Source of the DNA: Chloroflexota bacterium
GTDB taxonomy: Bacteria; Chloroflexota; Chloroflexia; Chloroflexales; Roseiflexaceae
Direction: 5' to 3'
DNA length: 64,000 nucleotides
NCBI GenBank assembly: GCA_046051665.1
Contig: JBJONV010000034.1
Span: forward strand, 6,427 to 70,426
This document shows, in pieces, positions 18,392 to 27,688 of the stretch; position 1 is the stretch's first letter, and each line of letters opens with the position of its first letter. The position numbers were made by a program, and so were the translations under genes. The notes under the pieces were generated by a model that searched no databases, had not been told where the DNA came from, and worked only from the letters and a program-made list of their open reading frames with translations.

Positions 18392-20143
18392 TTAGGCGTT
18401 ATCGACGGCATCAGCCAATTGTTCGCGCTGGTACATCGCTGCGTAGCGACCATTGCTGGCAACCAGTTCGGCATGCGTCCCTCGTTCGGCAATGGTTCCC
18501 TCGTGGAGCACAATAATCATATCTGCCTCACGTACGGTAGCAATGCGCTGGGCTATCAAAATTGCTGTCCGCCCGGCACGGAATGTCCGCAACCCTTCGA
18601 GGATTTGTGCTGCCGTATGTGTATCGACGCTCGACAAGGCATCATCCAAGACCAGAATTGCTGGATTACGGAGCACCGCCCGTGCAATAGCGGTGCGTTG
18701 CTTTTGCCCACCCGAGAGCGTGACGCCGCGTTCGCCGACGAGGGTATCGATGCCATTGGGAAGCTGGACGACGTCGTTACTCAAGCGCGAAATAAGGAGA
18801 GCTTGTTGGACATCGGCTTCTTCGGCATCTGGACGGCCGAACGTAACGTTTTCGCGCACCGGTACGCTAAACAAAAACGTATCCTGAGGCACATACCCAA
18901 TCCCGTCTCGTAAGGAAGCCAACGAAACGGTGCGGATATCGTGCCCATCGATATGGACACTCCCGGAGGTTGGGTCTTGGACGCGCGACAGGAGATTGAC
19001 CAATGTCGTCTTGCCGCCACCGGTCGCGCCGACGATAGCCACAGTTTGGCCTTTTTGCACATCAAAAGAAATACCATGCAAAATGACGCGCTTGGACTCA
19101 CCATCACCCACCGAAATACCGACATCACGGAACGAAATAGCCCCTTCCACCACGAGTGGTATTGGGCTCTCGGACTCGTCTTTGATGCTGGGGATGCGCT
19201 GGAGCACTTCGCCGAGACGACCTGCTGCCGAGGCTGCCTGCTGATACAAATCGACTGTCCAACCCAGCGCAACCACGGGCCACCCGAGGGCTGCCAGGTA
19301 ACCGTTGAACAACACGAGATCACCGACGGTCATTTCGCCGGCGGCAACCGCTCGTCCACCAATAAGCAGAACCAATGCCCCGATGGTACCCATGACGAGG
19401 CTAATGGTCGGCCATAAAAGTCCACTCAACAACACGTATTTGACATTCTGAAGACGAAATCTCTCGTTGACACGCAGAAATTCGGCCGTCTCGGGGACCT
19501 CTTGGGTGTAGGCTTTAATGGTGCGGATGCCAGAGAAATTCTCTTGGGCACGACTCGAAACCTCACCGAACAAATCCTGCACTTTGCGGAAGATGACGCG
19601 CATCCGTGCACCCACAAAAATGAATAAGACGGTGACAACGGGCAGCAACAACAGCACAATCGACGCAAGCGTTGCGTTGGTAGACATCATCAACGCCGAA
19701 GCGCTCACAATCATCAAGATTGCGCTGGCCATCGAACTGACACCCGGTCCATAGAATTGCCGGATGGCCGAAATATCGTTGGTGACACGCGTCATCAGAT
19801 CACCGGTGTGATGTTCACCGTAGAACTTCTGGTCGAGTTCGAGCAGGCGTTTAAACATGCCTTCACGGATATCGCTTTCGACCTGATGCGCCGTACCGAG
19901 GATGAGGATACGTTGCCCAAAACGGAAAATACCGTCAGCGATCGAAAATCCGACCATAATCAGTACACTGTGCGTCAGATCGGTCCAAACGATGCCGCGT
20001 GTATTGATGTCGTCGACGATGATGCGCAACATCTGCGGTACTTGCACCGCAAATCCCGTGGCAATAATGCTGGCGAGCAACCCGATGAGGAAGCGCGCGC
20101 GATAGCGTACCACGTAGGGCCACAATGCCCGGAGCTGGTTCAT
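18392..20143 (-). CDS. ABC exporter, fused permease/ATPase (heterodimer partner A)
   Basis: 6-TM domain, Walker A GATGGGKTT, signature LSGGQKQR, Walker B ILVLDDALS. Confidence 0.85.
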   Translation of the reverse strand: MNQLRALWPYVVRYRARFLIGLLASIIATGFAVQVPQMLRIIVDDINTRGIVWTDLTHSVLIMVGFSIADGIFRFGQRILILGTAHQVESDIREGMFKRLLELDQKFYGEHHTGDLMTRVTNDISAIRQFYGPGVSSMASAILMIVSASALMMSTNATLASIVLLLLPVVTVLFIFVGARMRVIFRKVQDLFGEVSSRAQENFSGIRTIKAYTQEVPETAEFLRVNERFRLQNVKYVLLSGLLWPTISLVMGTIGALVLLIGGRAVAAGEMTVGDLVLFNGYLAALGWPVVALGWTVDLYQQAASAAGRLGEVLQRIPSIKDESESPIPLVVEGAISFRDVGISVGDGESKRVILHGISFDVQKGQTVAIVGATGGGKTTLVNLLSRVQDPTSGSVHIDGHDIRTVSLASLRDGIGYVPQDTFLFSVPVRENVTFGRPDAEEADVQQALLISRLSNDVVQLPNGIDTLVGERGVTLSGGQKQRTAIARAVLRNPAILVLDDALSSVDTHTAAQILEGLRTFRAGRTAILIAQRIATVREADMIIVLHEGTIAERGTHAELVASNGRYAAMYQREQLADAVDNA

Positions 20144-20183
20144 GAATGCCTCTGGTAATTGGTTCTATTATGAGGGGTAGTAT

Positions 20184-20221
20184 AACAACAAACAGACCGA
20201 GGTACGTTGTACCTCGGTCTG
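20184..20221 (-). terminator. Rho-independent terminator after typA
   Basis: 13-bp stem CAGACCGAGGTAC/GTACCTCGGTCTG (20193-20221) with a 3-nt loop, followed on the minus strand by TTTGTTGTT. Confidence 0.7.
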
Positions 20222-20242
20222 TGTATCGATTGCGGAGCGAAT

Positions 20243-22081
20243 TTAGTCGTTCGCCTGCATCGCCATTTCGCGGCGCTTCTGGTCGCGCTTGCGCTCTTCT
20301 TGATTGAGGAGCTTCTTGCGCAGCCGATAGTTCTTGGGGGTGACTTCGAGCAGTTCGTCGTCGCCGATATACTCGACAGCATCGTCCAAGCTCATGTTGC
20401 GTGGGGTTTCGAGGCGTTGTGCATCGTCAGCACCAGACGAACGCATGTTGGTGAGGTGCTTCTTTTTGCAGCAGTTGACTTCGAGGTCACGCTCACGGGC
20501 ATGCATGCCGATGACCATACCTTCGTAGATGTCGACGCCTGCGCCGATGAACAATTGACCGCGCTCTTGTGAGCCGAACAACCCGAAGGTCGTCGTCTGA
20601 CCTGATTCGGAGGCGACCAACGAACCGTTGGAACGGGTGTTGATTTCGCCTGCGACGGGCTGATACTCATAGAACAACGAATTCATTTGGCCTTCACCAC
20701 GCGTGGCGGTCAACAGCTGCTGACGGAAGCCGAGCAGACCGCGGGTGGGGACCAAGAAGGTCAGGCTGACGGTGCCGTCGTCACGGTAGCGCATGTCGCG
20801 CATGATGCCACGGCGTTGGCCGAGCAATTCGATGACGGCGCCTTGATATTGTTCGGATACTTCGATTTCGACCTGCTCGATCGGCTCCATGCGTTGTTCG
20901 TCGATAACGCGGAAGATAACTTCCGGCTTCGAGACTTGGAACTCGTAGCCTTCGCGGCGCATGTTTTCGATCAAAATGGTCAAATGCAACTCACCGCGGC
21001 CAGAGACTTTGAAGGCATCAGGAACATCGGTGTCTTCGACGCGCAACGCCACGTCGCGCTCACGCTCGGCATACAAGCGATCGCGGATTTTGCGAGACGT
21101 CACGTGTTGGCCTTCGCGACCAGCAAACGGGCTGGTGTTGACGCCGAATGTCATATTGACGGTCGGCTCTTCGACGGCCAATACCGGGAGCTGCTCAGGC
21201 GTCGTTGAATCGGCGATGGTGTCACCGATCATACCGTCGGCAATACCTGCGATGGCGATGATGTCACCGGCGGTGGCTTCTTCGACTTCGGCACGGTTCA
21301 AACCGACATATTGGAAAATCTGGATGATTTTGGAAGGCTTCATTTCGCCTTCGTGGTTGAATTTGACGACCGACATACCTTTGGTCATCGAACCACGGCG
21401 CACACGACCCATCATGATTTTGCCACGATAGTCGTCGTAGAAGGTATTGGTGACCAGCATCTGCAACGGTGCGTCTTGGTCGACGTCCGGTGCTGGGATG
21501 TGGTTGATGATGGCATCGAACAATGGCTCGAGCGAATCACTCAAATTTGCGTGGTCGGTGCCCGAAATACCGTTGATGGCACTGGCATAGACGGTGTGGA
21601 ATTCGGCTTGCTCGTCTGTCGCACCGAGCTCGACGAAGAGGTCGAACGTTTCGTTGACAACCCACTGGGGGCGGGCATTCGGTCGGTCGATTTTGTTGAC
21701 CACGACGATTGCCTTATGGCCTGCTTGGAGCGCCTTGCGCAGCACGAAGCGGGTCTGTGGCATTGGGCCATCGACTGCATCGACCAGCAACAATACGCCG
21801 TCGACCATGTTCATCACACGCTCGACTTCACCACCAAAGTCTGCGTGACCTGGGGTGTCGACGATGTTGATTTTGTTGCCCTTGTACATCACGGCGGTGT
21901 TTTTGGCCATGATGGTGATGCCACGCTCACGCTCGAGATCGTTCGAGTCCATGACGCGCTCGGCCATCTGCTGATTGTCTCGGAAGATTCGGGATTGGCG
22001 CAACAGACCATCTACGAGGGTCGTCTTGCCGTGGTCAACGTGCGCAATAATAGCCACATTGCGCAATTCAGTACGCTTCAT
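20243..22081 (-). CDS. typA: Translational GTPase TypA/BipA
   Basis: G motifs [14 protein letters not shown] and NKID. ATG 22081 ([14 protein letters not shown]) is preferred over the ORF-track start 22141. Confidence 0.9.
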   Translation of the reverse strand: MKRTELRNVAIIAHVDHGKTTLVDGLLRQSRIFRDNQQMAERVMDSNDLERERGITIMAKNTAVMYKGNKINIVDTPGHADFGGEVERVMNMVDGVLLLVDAVDGPMPQTRFVLRKALQAGHKAIVVVNKIDRPNARPQWVVNETFDLFVELGATDEQAEFHTVYASAINGISGTDHANLSDSLEPLFDAIINHIPAPDVDQDAPLQMLVTNTFYDDYRGKIMMGRVRRGSMTKGMSVVKFNHEGEMKPSKIIQIFQYVGLNRAEVEEATAGDIIAIAGIADGMIGDTIADSTTPEQLPVLAVEEPTVNMTFGVNTSPFAGREGQHVTSRKIRDRLYAERERDVALRVEDTDVPDAFKVSGRGELHLTILIENMRREGYEFQVSKPEVIFRVIDEQRMEPIEQVEIEVSEQYQGAVIELLGQRRGIMRDMRYRDDGTVSLTFLVPTRGLLGFRQQLLTATRGEGQMNSLFYEYQPVAGEINTRSNGSLVASESGQTTTFGLFGSQERGQLFIGAGVDIYEGMVIGMHARERDLEVNCCKKKHLTNMRSSGADDAQRLETPRNMSLDDAVEYIGDDELLEVTPKNYRLRKKLLNQEERKRDQKRREMAMQAND

Positions 22082-22311
22082 GCTTGCTCCCACACAACAT
22101 ACAAACGCCACGACCTCCGCGGTCGGGGCGCAACATTGCATAACTAACTTCTCTTAGTGTACCACACTCTGTCATTTGGACGTGGATGACTTGGCTTCTT
22201 CACGAACCTGCAATGTCGACGCGCTGTGTTGGGATGGGAATTGTGCAGCATACGTTGTTCTATAAGAAGAAAAATCAATCGTATGAAGAAAACAGCAGTA
22301 CTCGTATGGAC

Positions 22312-22717
22312 TGTGGATATGTTGAAATACCACGGATCGAGCATTGTGCTGTCGCAGAGCAGCGTGGTGATATGTGTATGAGTCTGCACAATCATGCACC
22401 AGGTAATTATTGAAACAAGAATCTTCCACGCATTGTGCACCGTGTTCCACATGATGCGGGCGATGTTATGCACAATAGTGGTGGAAAAGCGGGAAATGCG
22501 GCATTTTTATCCCGTGATTCTCCAGAGGTTATCCCACGGTTATCGGGTGGTTATGCACTGGCAAAAAGGGTATGGAGAACGAGTTTTCTGGCACACTACA
22601 CTGTCAAATCACAGCGAACATATGTTTTTATTTTATGGTGCTACGTAGAGTGCGTTGGGGTGCAGAACTTTCCACAATTCCCCGAGTTATCCACAAAAAC
22701 ACCCCAAGTTATGCACA
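22312..22717. promoter_or_regulatory. DnaA-box cluster (candidate oriC or DnaA-regulated region)
   Basis: TTATCCACA at 22687-22695. TTATGCACA at 22466-22474 and 22709-22717. TGTGGATAT (ATATCCACA on the other strand) at 22312-22320. Two-mismatch boxes inside this span at 22443, 22480, 22551 and 22668, plus one just outside at 22182. No credible ORF in the spacer. Confidence 0.45.
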
Positions 22718-22766
22718 TTGGAGTGTAAAACCATATCAGATTGGGTGTTTTTGTGCGAGCGCATCG

Positions 22767-23360
22767 CTATGCGCTGGGCGGGTTTTTCTTGGTGTCGTCC
22801 TCGTCATCGAGGGAGTTGATGAAGTCACGGAACATCGACAGGTTCTCGTCAGAGGTCGGAGCGTCGTTGGGTGCATCAGCAACATCTGAGGAGGGAGCGA
22901 GCTCTGAATCCGTGGCCGATGCGTTGGCCTTGAAGAGCGGTGGTTCTTGTTGTTCGTCGCCGTCGAAGGGGACGGAGGCTTGTTCAAAGACATGCGGTGC
23001 CACAAAGATGGGAACATGCGCACGGAGTGCGAGGGCAATGGCGTCACTGGTGCGTGCGTCTATTTCGAACGAACGTTGTGGTGTCTGCACGAGGATACGC
23101 GCAAAAAACGTCGTTTCTTGGATGTCATTGATAAGGACGTGGACGACTTCGGCATCGAGTTCTTGGAACACGGTGCGGAGCAAATCATGGGTCATCGGGC
23201 GTTTGGGGGTGAGATTTTGGAGCACGAACGAAATCGCATCGGCTTCGAATTGGCCGATCCAGATGGGCAGGTAGCGCCGACTATCGGTCTCACGGAGCAC
23301 GACAACGCGGTTTTGGGTGAGGAGACTCACACGGACGCTATCGACGTTCACTTGAATCAT
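22767..23360 (-). CDS. Bifunctional nuclease family protein (DUF151/BFN)
   Basis: N-terminus VRVSLLTQNRVVVLRE...YLPIWIGQFEADAI...RPMTHDLL is typical of the BFN domain. Acidic C-terminal tail. Confidence 0.75.
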   Translation of the reverse strand: MIQVNVDSVRVSLLTQNRVVVLRETDSRRYLPIWIGQFEADAISFVLQNLTPKRPMTHDLLRTVFQELDAEVVHVLINDIQETTFFARILVQTPQRSFEIDARTSDAIALALRAHVPIFVAPHVFEQASVPFDGDEQQEPPLFKANASATDSELAPSSDVADAPNDAPTSDENLSMFRDFINSLDDEDDTKKNPPSA

Positions 23361-23461
23361 GGCGCGTATCCTTCCAACAAAACACCGTCGCAGCAGTTAT
23401 TAGGTAGTATACGACAGACATAACGAAAAAGGTGGGGTAGAGTGCGTCAGAGCGCAGTTTT

Positions 23462-25060
23462 TTGACACTCACTACGATGCGTCGTATGATGCAAGCATCC
23501 GTTGGTTGCCCGCCCGTTGTGAAGACCAAAATGATTATACCGCAGCCATCGACGCCAACGATTGTCACCAAAATACAGCTGCTCCGACAACGTGAAGTGG
23601 CAGCACGATATCGCGTCTGGGCTATCCTCGACGCAATTCCTCTGAGCGCGGACGCCAAAGCATGGTTGGCACCGCGGATTTTGCGTCAATCAATCGTTGC
23701 CCAACAAAAAGCAGCACAATCGGCGCGTGCGGTATTCCTCGGGCAAGCCATTGGACAACCCAACACACCGAGTACAACCCAATTACGCAGCAGAAATCTC
23801 GTCGTTGACGCACTCATCGAACCGCGCTTTGCCGGGCATGTGACGAGTGCCGTATTGATTGCGTTGATCCTGTTGTTCGGACAGGCGTTGGTAAAAAAGA
23901 GCGGTCTCGAATACGGTGGCGGTTTTTCGCGCGCGGCCAGCAGTGCCGAAATGACGCTGCCCATAGATGCGCCGCTCCCACAAGTCAGTAGCGATTCGGA
24001 ACTCACCGTTCCACACATGGTGACCCCCCTGCCGAATGCGTTACCACCGTTCCTCTTTTATCACCGCATCCGGAGCCTCGATACGCTGGGGACCATTGCT
24101 GCCGAATACGGAATGAGTCCGCAAGTGTTGTTTTGGGCGAATGGGTTGCAGAATGGTCGTGTCTTTATTGTGGGCAGTACCCTGCGCATTCCACGGATGC
24201 CCGGTGTGTCACATTCCATTGCCGAAGGCGAGACGATCGAAAGCATCGCTGCGCAGTATGATGCGCCACCCGAGGCAATTACGCTCTTCCGTGCCAATCG
24301 CGTCACCAAAAACGAAGACCTCGTTGTCGACCGCGAAGTGTTTATCCCATTTGCGGTGCCGGATTACCCCGAAGCAACTATAAATAAGTACGGTAGCGCA
24401 GAAGCCGTTGCAGGTATGGAAGCAATCGAAACCGTTACCGTGCTCGAAGACGAGACCAACCTGCGTGGTGGACCGGGCCGTGCCTACGACAAAATCGGCA
24501 CCTTGGCCCTCGGTCAACGACTCATCCCGATCGGGCGCTATGGGAGCTGGATTAAGCTCGAATATCAGCCGGGTGAATTAGGCTGGGTCAAAGGGTCGTT
24601 GCTGGGCATGTCGGATGGCCTCATTGAAGGCTTGCCGACTATCAACAATGTTCCATACCCACCGCCACGTTGGGTGTGGCCGACAACTGGCCAATTGACG
24701 TCGGGATTTGGCTGGCGGAGTGCACCGTTCTATTCATTCCACAATGGTCTCGATTTTGCCAACAAAGCAGGGACAGCTATTTTCGCTGCACGGTATGGTC
24801 GTGTTTTTGAGGGTGGCTGGTGTAGCGGGTATGGTTGGTGTGTCAAGATCGATCATGGCAATGGCGTGCAGTCTATCTACGGACATATGCTCAAAAAACC
24901 AGCGGTTCGACCCGGCGATGTCGTCGATATGGGCGACTTTATCGGGTTGATGGGGAGCAGTTATGACGCAGCCGGCGGCGGGTATTCGACGGGAGTCCAC
25001 TTACACTTTACCGTGAAGGTCGGTGGCAAAGCTGTCGATCCGATGAAATATCTCCCCTAA
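23462..25060 (+). CDS. Membrane-anchored LysM/SH3/M23 peptidoglycan endopeptidase
   Basis: One TM helix, two LysM-like repeats, an SH3-like segment (NLRGGPGRAYDKIG), and M23 motifs HNGLDF and GVHLHF. The start is uncertain (TTG 23462, ATG 23477 or ATG 23531). Confidence 0.8.
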   Translation: MTLTTMRRMMQASVGCPPVVKTKMIIPQPSTPTIVTKIQLLRQREVAARYRVWAILDAIPLSADAKAWLAPRILRQSIVAQQKAAQSARAVFLGQAIGQPNTPSTTQLRSRNLVVDALIEPRFAGHVTSAVLIALILLFGQALVKKSGLEYGGGFSRAASSAEMTLPIDAPLPQVSSDSELTVPHMVTPLPNALPPFLFYHRIRSLDTLGTIAAEYGMSPQVLFWANGLQNGRVFIVGSTLRIPRMPGVSHSIAEGETIESIAAQYDAPPEAITLFRANRVTKNEDLVVDREVFIPFAVPDYPEATINKYGSAEAVAGMEAIETVTVLEDETNLRGGPGRAYDKIGTLALGQRLIPIGRYGSWIKLEYQPGELGWVKGSLLGMSDGLIEGLPTINNVPYPPPRWVWPTTGQLTSGFGWRSAPFYSFHNGLDFANKAGTAIFAARYGRVFEGGWCSGYGWCVKIDHGNGVQSIYGHMLKKPAVRPGDVVDMGDFIGLMGSSYDAAGGGYSTGVHLHFTVKVGGKAVDPMKYLP

Positions 25061-25065
25061 CAGGG

Positions 25066-26643
25066 ATGAAAGAGGTCCCTGTGACAACGTCTCGCGCACA
25101 CGGACGAACCATCGCAATGGCTGCAGTCTTGATCGCAGTCGGCAACATCACCAGCCGCCTCATCGGAGTCATCCGTGAGGCGGTTTTTGCAGCGACCTTC
25201 GGAAGAGGTAGTGAACTCGCTGCCTTCACCGCGGCGTCGACCATCCCGACGCTGGTCTACGATTTGTTGCTCAGCGGTGCCATCAGCGCGGCCTTGGTCC
25301 CGGTGTTCAGCCGTGTCGCAAATCAACCCGAAGCGCGGGACCGGATGGTATCACAGGTGCTCAGTCTGATGATTGTTGTTGTGAGTAGCATCGTGTTGCC
25401 GATGGTGTGGTTTGCACCACAGCTGGTGGGTTGGTTGGCGGGTGGATTCAATGCGGATGTCCAAGCGTTAACCACGACGATGGTGCGTTGGATGGTTTTT
25501 GCCGTCCCGTGTATGGTCATCGCAGGGGTGATGACGGCGGTGTTACAGGCGCAGCAACGCTTTGTGTTGCCGGCTTTCGTCACCAGTGTATTCAACGTGG
25601 GGTTGATTGTCGGCGCACTGGCGTTTACCCCCATCCTGGGACCGACGGCACTGGCAGTCGGCATGGTCGTAGGTGCGTTCGCACAAGTGGGCTTACAGGC
25701 ATATGGGATGCGCGGCATGCAGATTCGTTGGCGCACGGACTGGCGCGATCCGGCCATCCGCGAAATGCTCCGCCTTTATGCACCGGTCGCCTTGGGCATG
25801 GGTTTTTCGGCAGTGGGCACCATCATCGATCGGCGGTTGGGGAGCAGTTATGGCGAAAACGTCCTGCCGACGATGCGCTATGCCACGACGCTGATTCAGT
25901 TCCCTTTGGGTTTGGTCGCTGCCGCAGTCTCGACGGCAATCTTACCGACACTCGCACGTCTCCGTGACGACACCGACCAAACACAGTTCCGCACGACCGT
26001 CGCGCAGGCATTGACTGTCGTGGTTGCGCTCATCGTGCCAGCGGCGGTCATCTTGTGGTTGGTGCGGGTCCCGTTGACAGGGCTGATTCTGCAACGCAAT
26101 GCCTTCGCTGCCGCCGATACCGTGGCTGTGGCCGACACATTATTGTGGTACATTCCCGGCCTCCCAGCCGCCGCCATAGACCAGATTTTGTTGTTTGCGT
26201 GCTATGCGCGGGGGCGTACGTTGGCGCCCAACCTCATCCAAGGAGCGGCAATAGGCGGCTATGTGGTGGGCGTGCTGGTAGGATTGCCGTTTTTTGGACA
26301 GAGCGCCCAAACGCTGGCATTTGCCAATTCGATGCAGTGGATTACGCACATGCTGTTGATGGCGGTGTTGGCGCATCGCATGTTCGATTTGCGTGGCCTC
26401 GGGTTGGCAGTGACGTTGGCGCAGTGTGCTATGGCCGGCGCTATCAGTTGGGCGCTGGTGCAAGGCGTTGCCACGCTCATTGGTACGGGGTCGTGGCCGA
26501 CGGTGGTACAGCTCCTCGTGCTCTCGGCGTTGGTCGCTGTGACGTATGTGGGGATTGCCTGGCAATTCCGTATCACACCGGTGTTGGCGGCGTATCAGAT
26601 GATCTACACAAAAATACGCGAACGCATGGCACGTTCGCGGTAA
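25066..26643 (+). CDS. murJ: Lipid II flippase MurJ/MviN
   Basis: About 14 TM segments. N-terminal GNITSRLIGVIREAVFAATFG signature. Confidence 0.85.
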   Translation: MKEVPVTTSRAHGRTIAMAAVLIAVGNITSRLIGVIREAVFAATFGRGSELAAFTAASTIPTLVYDLLLSGAISAALVPVFSRVANQPEARDRMVSQVLSLMIVVVSSIVLPMVWFAPQLVGWLAGGFNADVQALTTTMVRWMVFAVPCMVIAGVMTAVLQAQQRFVLPAFVTSVFNVGLIVGALAFTPILGPTALAVGMVVGAFAQVGLQAYGMRGMQIRWRTDWRDPAIREMLRLYAPVALGMGFSAVGTIIDRRLGSSYGENVLPTMRYATTLIQFPLGLVAAAVSTAILPTLARLRDDTDQTQFRTTVAQALTVVVALIVPAAVILWLVRVPLTGLILQRNAFAAADTVAVADTLLWYIPGLPAAAIDQILLFACYARGRTLAPNLIQGAAIGGYVVGVLVGLPFFGQSAQTLAFANSMQWITHMLLMAVLAHRMFDLRGLGLAVTLAQCAMAGAISWALVQGVATLIGTGSWPTVVQLLVLSALVAVTYVGIAWQFRITPVLAAYQMIYTKIRERMARSR

Positions 26644-26655
26644 AAACTATTTTTT

Positions 26656-26685
26656 GAGCGGGGTTTATTGCAATAAACCCCGCTC
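26656..26685. terminator. Bidirectional palindromic terminator between convergent murJ and the SRPBCC gene
   Basis: Perfect 30-bp palindrome GAGCGGGGTTTATTG/CAATAAACCCCGCTC, flanked by TTTTTT upstream and AAAA downstream. Confidence 0.6.
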
Positions 26686-26758
26686 AAAATCGCGATAAAA
26701 CCCCGCTCAAAATCGCGATAAAACCCCGCTCAAAATCGCGATAAAACCCCGCTCAAAA
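26673..26758. repeat. Tandem 23-bp direct repeat, about 3.7 copies
   Basis: Unit ATAAAACCCCGCTCAAAATCGCG at 26673-26694 (22 bp), 26695-26717, 26718-26740 and 26741-26758 (partial). Copy 1 is the 3' arm of the terminator palindrome. Confidence 0.95.
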
Positions 26759-26778
26759 CACGGAATAATCCCTGGAGT

Positions 26779-27240
26779 CTATTGATCGAGGTACTGCTGC
26801 AACGAGTCGAAGTAGCTCTGCATGCCAGCAGTAGCCAACGGTATCTGCTCTGCAGGCATATCGCCGTACTGTGCAAAGCGCACCCACGTGCCGCCGGGGC
26901 GTTGTTCGAAGTCGATGACAACGCGGTGGGCGGGCGTGCTCATGTCTTTGATGGCAAACTCCTCGACCATTTCGGTGTAGTGCATCGTGTGCACCAGTTG
27001 TGTCTGCGGGGTGACGGTGAGATATGTACCGTAGAAAAAGACTTGGATGTTGTATTGTGGGACATCGATGCCCACGGACCAAATCGCCCCGACCGCCGCG
27101 TCTTCGGTCACCGAATTAGGCACACAGCGGTGGTCGACCCCATGGTACCAGGCTTGTAAGGCGGTGGCTTGGGTCCACGCCTGCCAGAGCTTCTCGATCG
27201 GGTAGGCGTACTCGCGCTCAACAAAATAGGCTGGTTGCAT
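26779..27240 (-). CDS. SRPBCC/AHSA1-family protein
   Basis: 153 aa. N-terminal EREYAYPIEKLWQAWTQATALQAWY pattern typical of Aha1/START-like SRPBCC proteins. Confidence 0.6.
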   Translation of the reverse strand: MQPAYFVEREYAYPIEKLWQAWTQATALQAWYHGVDHRCVPNSVTEDAAVGAIWSVGIDVPQYNIQVFFYGTYLTVTPQTQLVHTMHYTEMVEEFAIKDMSTPAHRVVIDFEQRPGGTWVRFAQYGDMPAEQIPLATAGMQSYFDSLQQYLDQ

Positions 27241-27269
27241 GTGTCATCCTCAATGAAAACGGAATGGAA

Positions 27270-27683
27270 TTATACCCCAAGAACGGCGCGTGCTTTGGCG
27301 AATACCTCGGGCAATTGCGGGTAGCCGAGGAGCGCTGCGACTTCGTCGGCTGTTTCCCATTGGTACGCGGTGATTCCTTCTTCGGCTTGGAGCACAACAC
27401 CGTCGTTATCTGCCTCGAGGAGGTACCAATCGACTTGTTTGTCGTAGGTAACCCCTTTTTTGACGACAGGATAAAAAATCGAATGGACGAGTGGTCCGAG
27501 GTGGCCGTTGACACCGGTCTCTTCGGCGACTTCGCGGCGCGCGGCGGCGCTACTCGATTCCCCGTCTTCGAGGTGTCCTTTGGGGAAGGTCCAATGGCCG
27601 TAGGCGTCATAAATAAGCAGGAAGCGGACTCCGTCGGCGGTACGGCGAAAAACCACAGCACCCGCGGCGTGTTTTTTTGGCAT
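27270..27683 (-). CDS. NUDIX hydrolase
   Basis: Nudix box GHLEDGESSSAAARREVAEETGV. ATG 27683 lies 5 nt after the upstream gene's stop. Confidence 0.85.
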   Translation of the reverse strand: MPKKHAAGAVVFRRTADGVRFLLIYDAYGHWTFPKGHLEDGESSSAAARREVAEETGVNGHLGPLVHSIFYPVVKKGVTYDKQVDWYLLEADNDGVVLQAEEGITAYQWETADEVAALLGYPQLPEVFAKARAVLGV

Positions 27684-27688
27684 GTGCG

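Noticed and set aside
21311-22147. 278-aa plus-strand ORF opposite typA. Similar cases are 46529-47383 opposite tsaC, 36909-37778 opposite rimO and 15224-16021 opposite the aminotransferase.
   Set aside because: All lie antisense to genes with clear catalytic motifs. None has its own motifs or a plausible RBS. This is typical of high-GC third-position bias.
22144-22728. Six overlapping 75-109-aa ORFs in the typA/BFN spacer.
   Set aside because: They overlap one another in several frames, are rich in Cys/His/Trp/Met, lack RBSs and are interrupted by DnaA-box motifs. The region is treated as non-coding.
26673-26758. Tandem 23-bp repeats considered as a mini-CRISPR array.
   Set aside because: The repeats are directly abutting with no spacers, the unit is too short, and no cas genes are present. 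It is a simple tandem repeat derived from the terminator arm.
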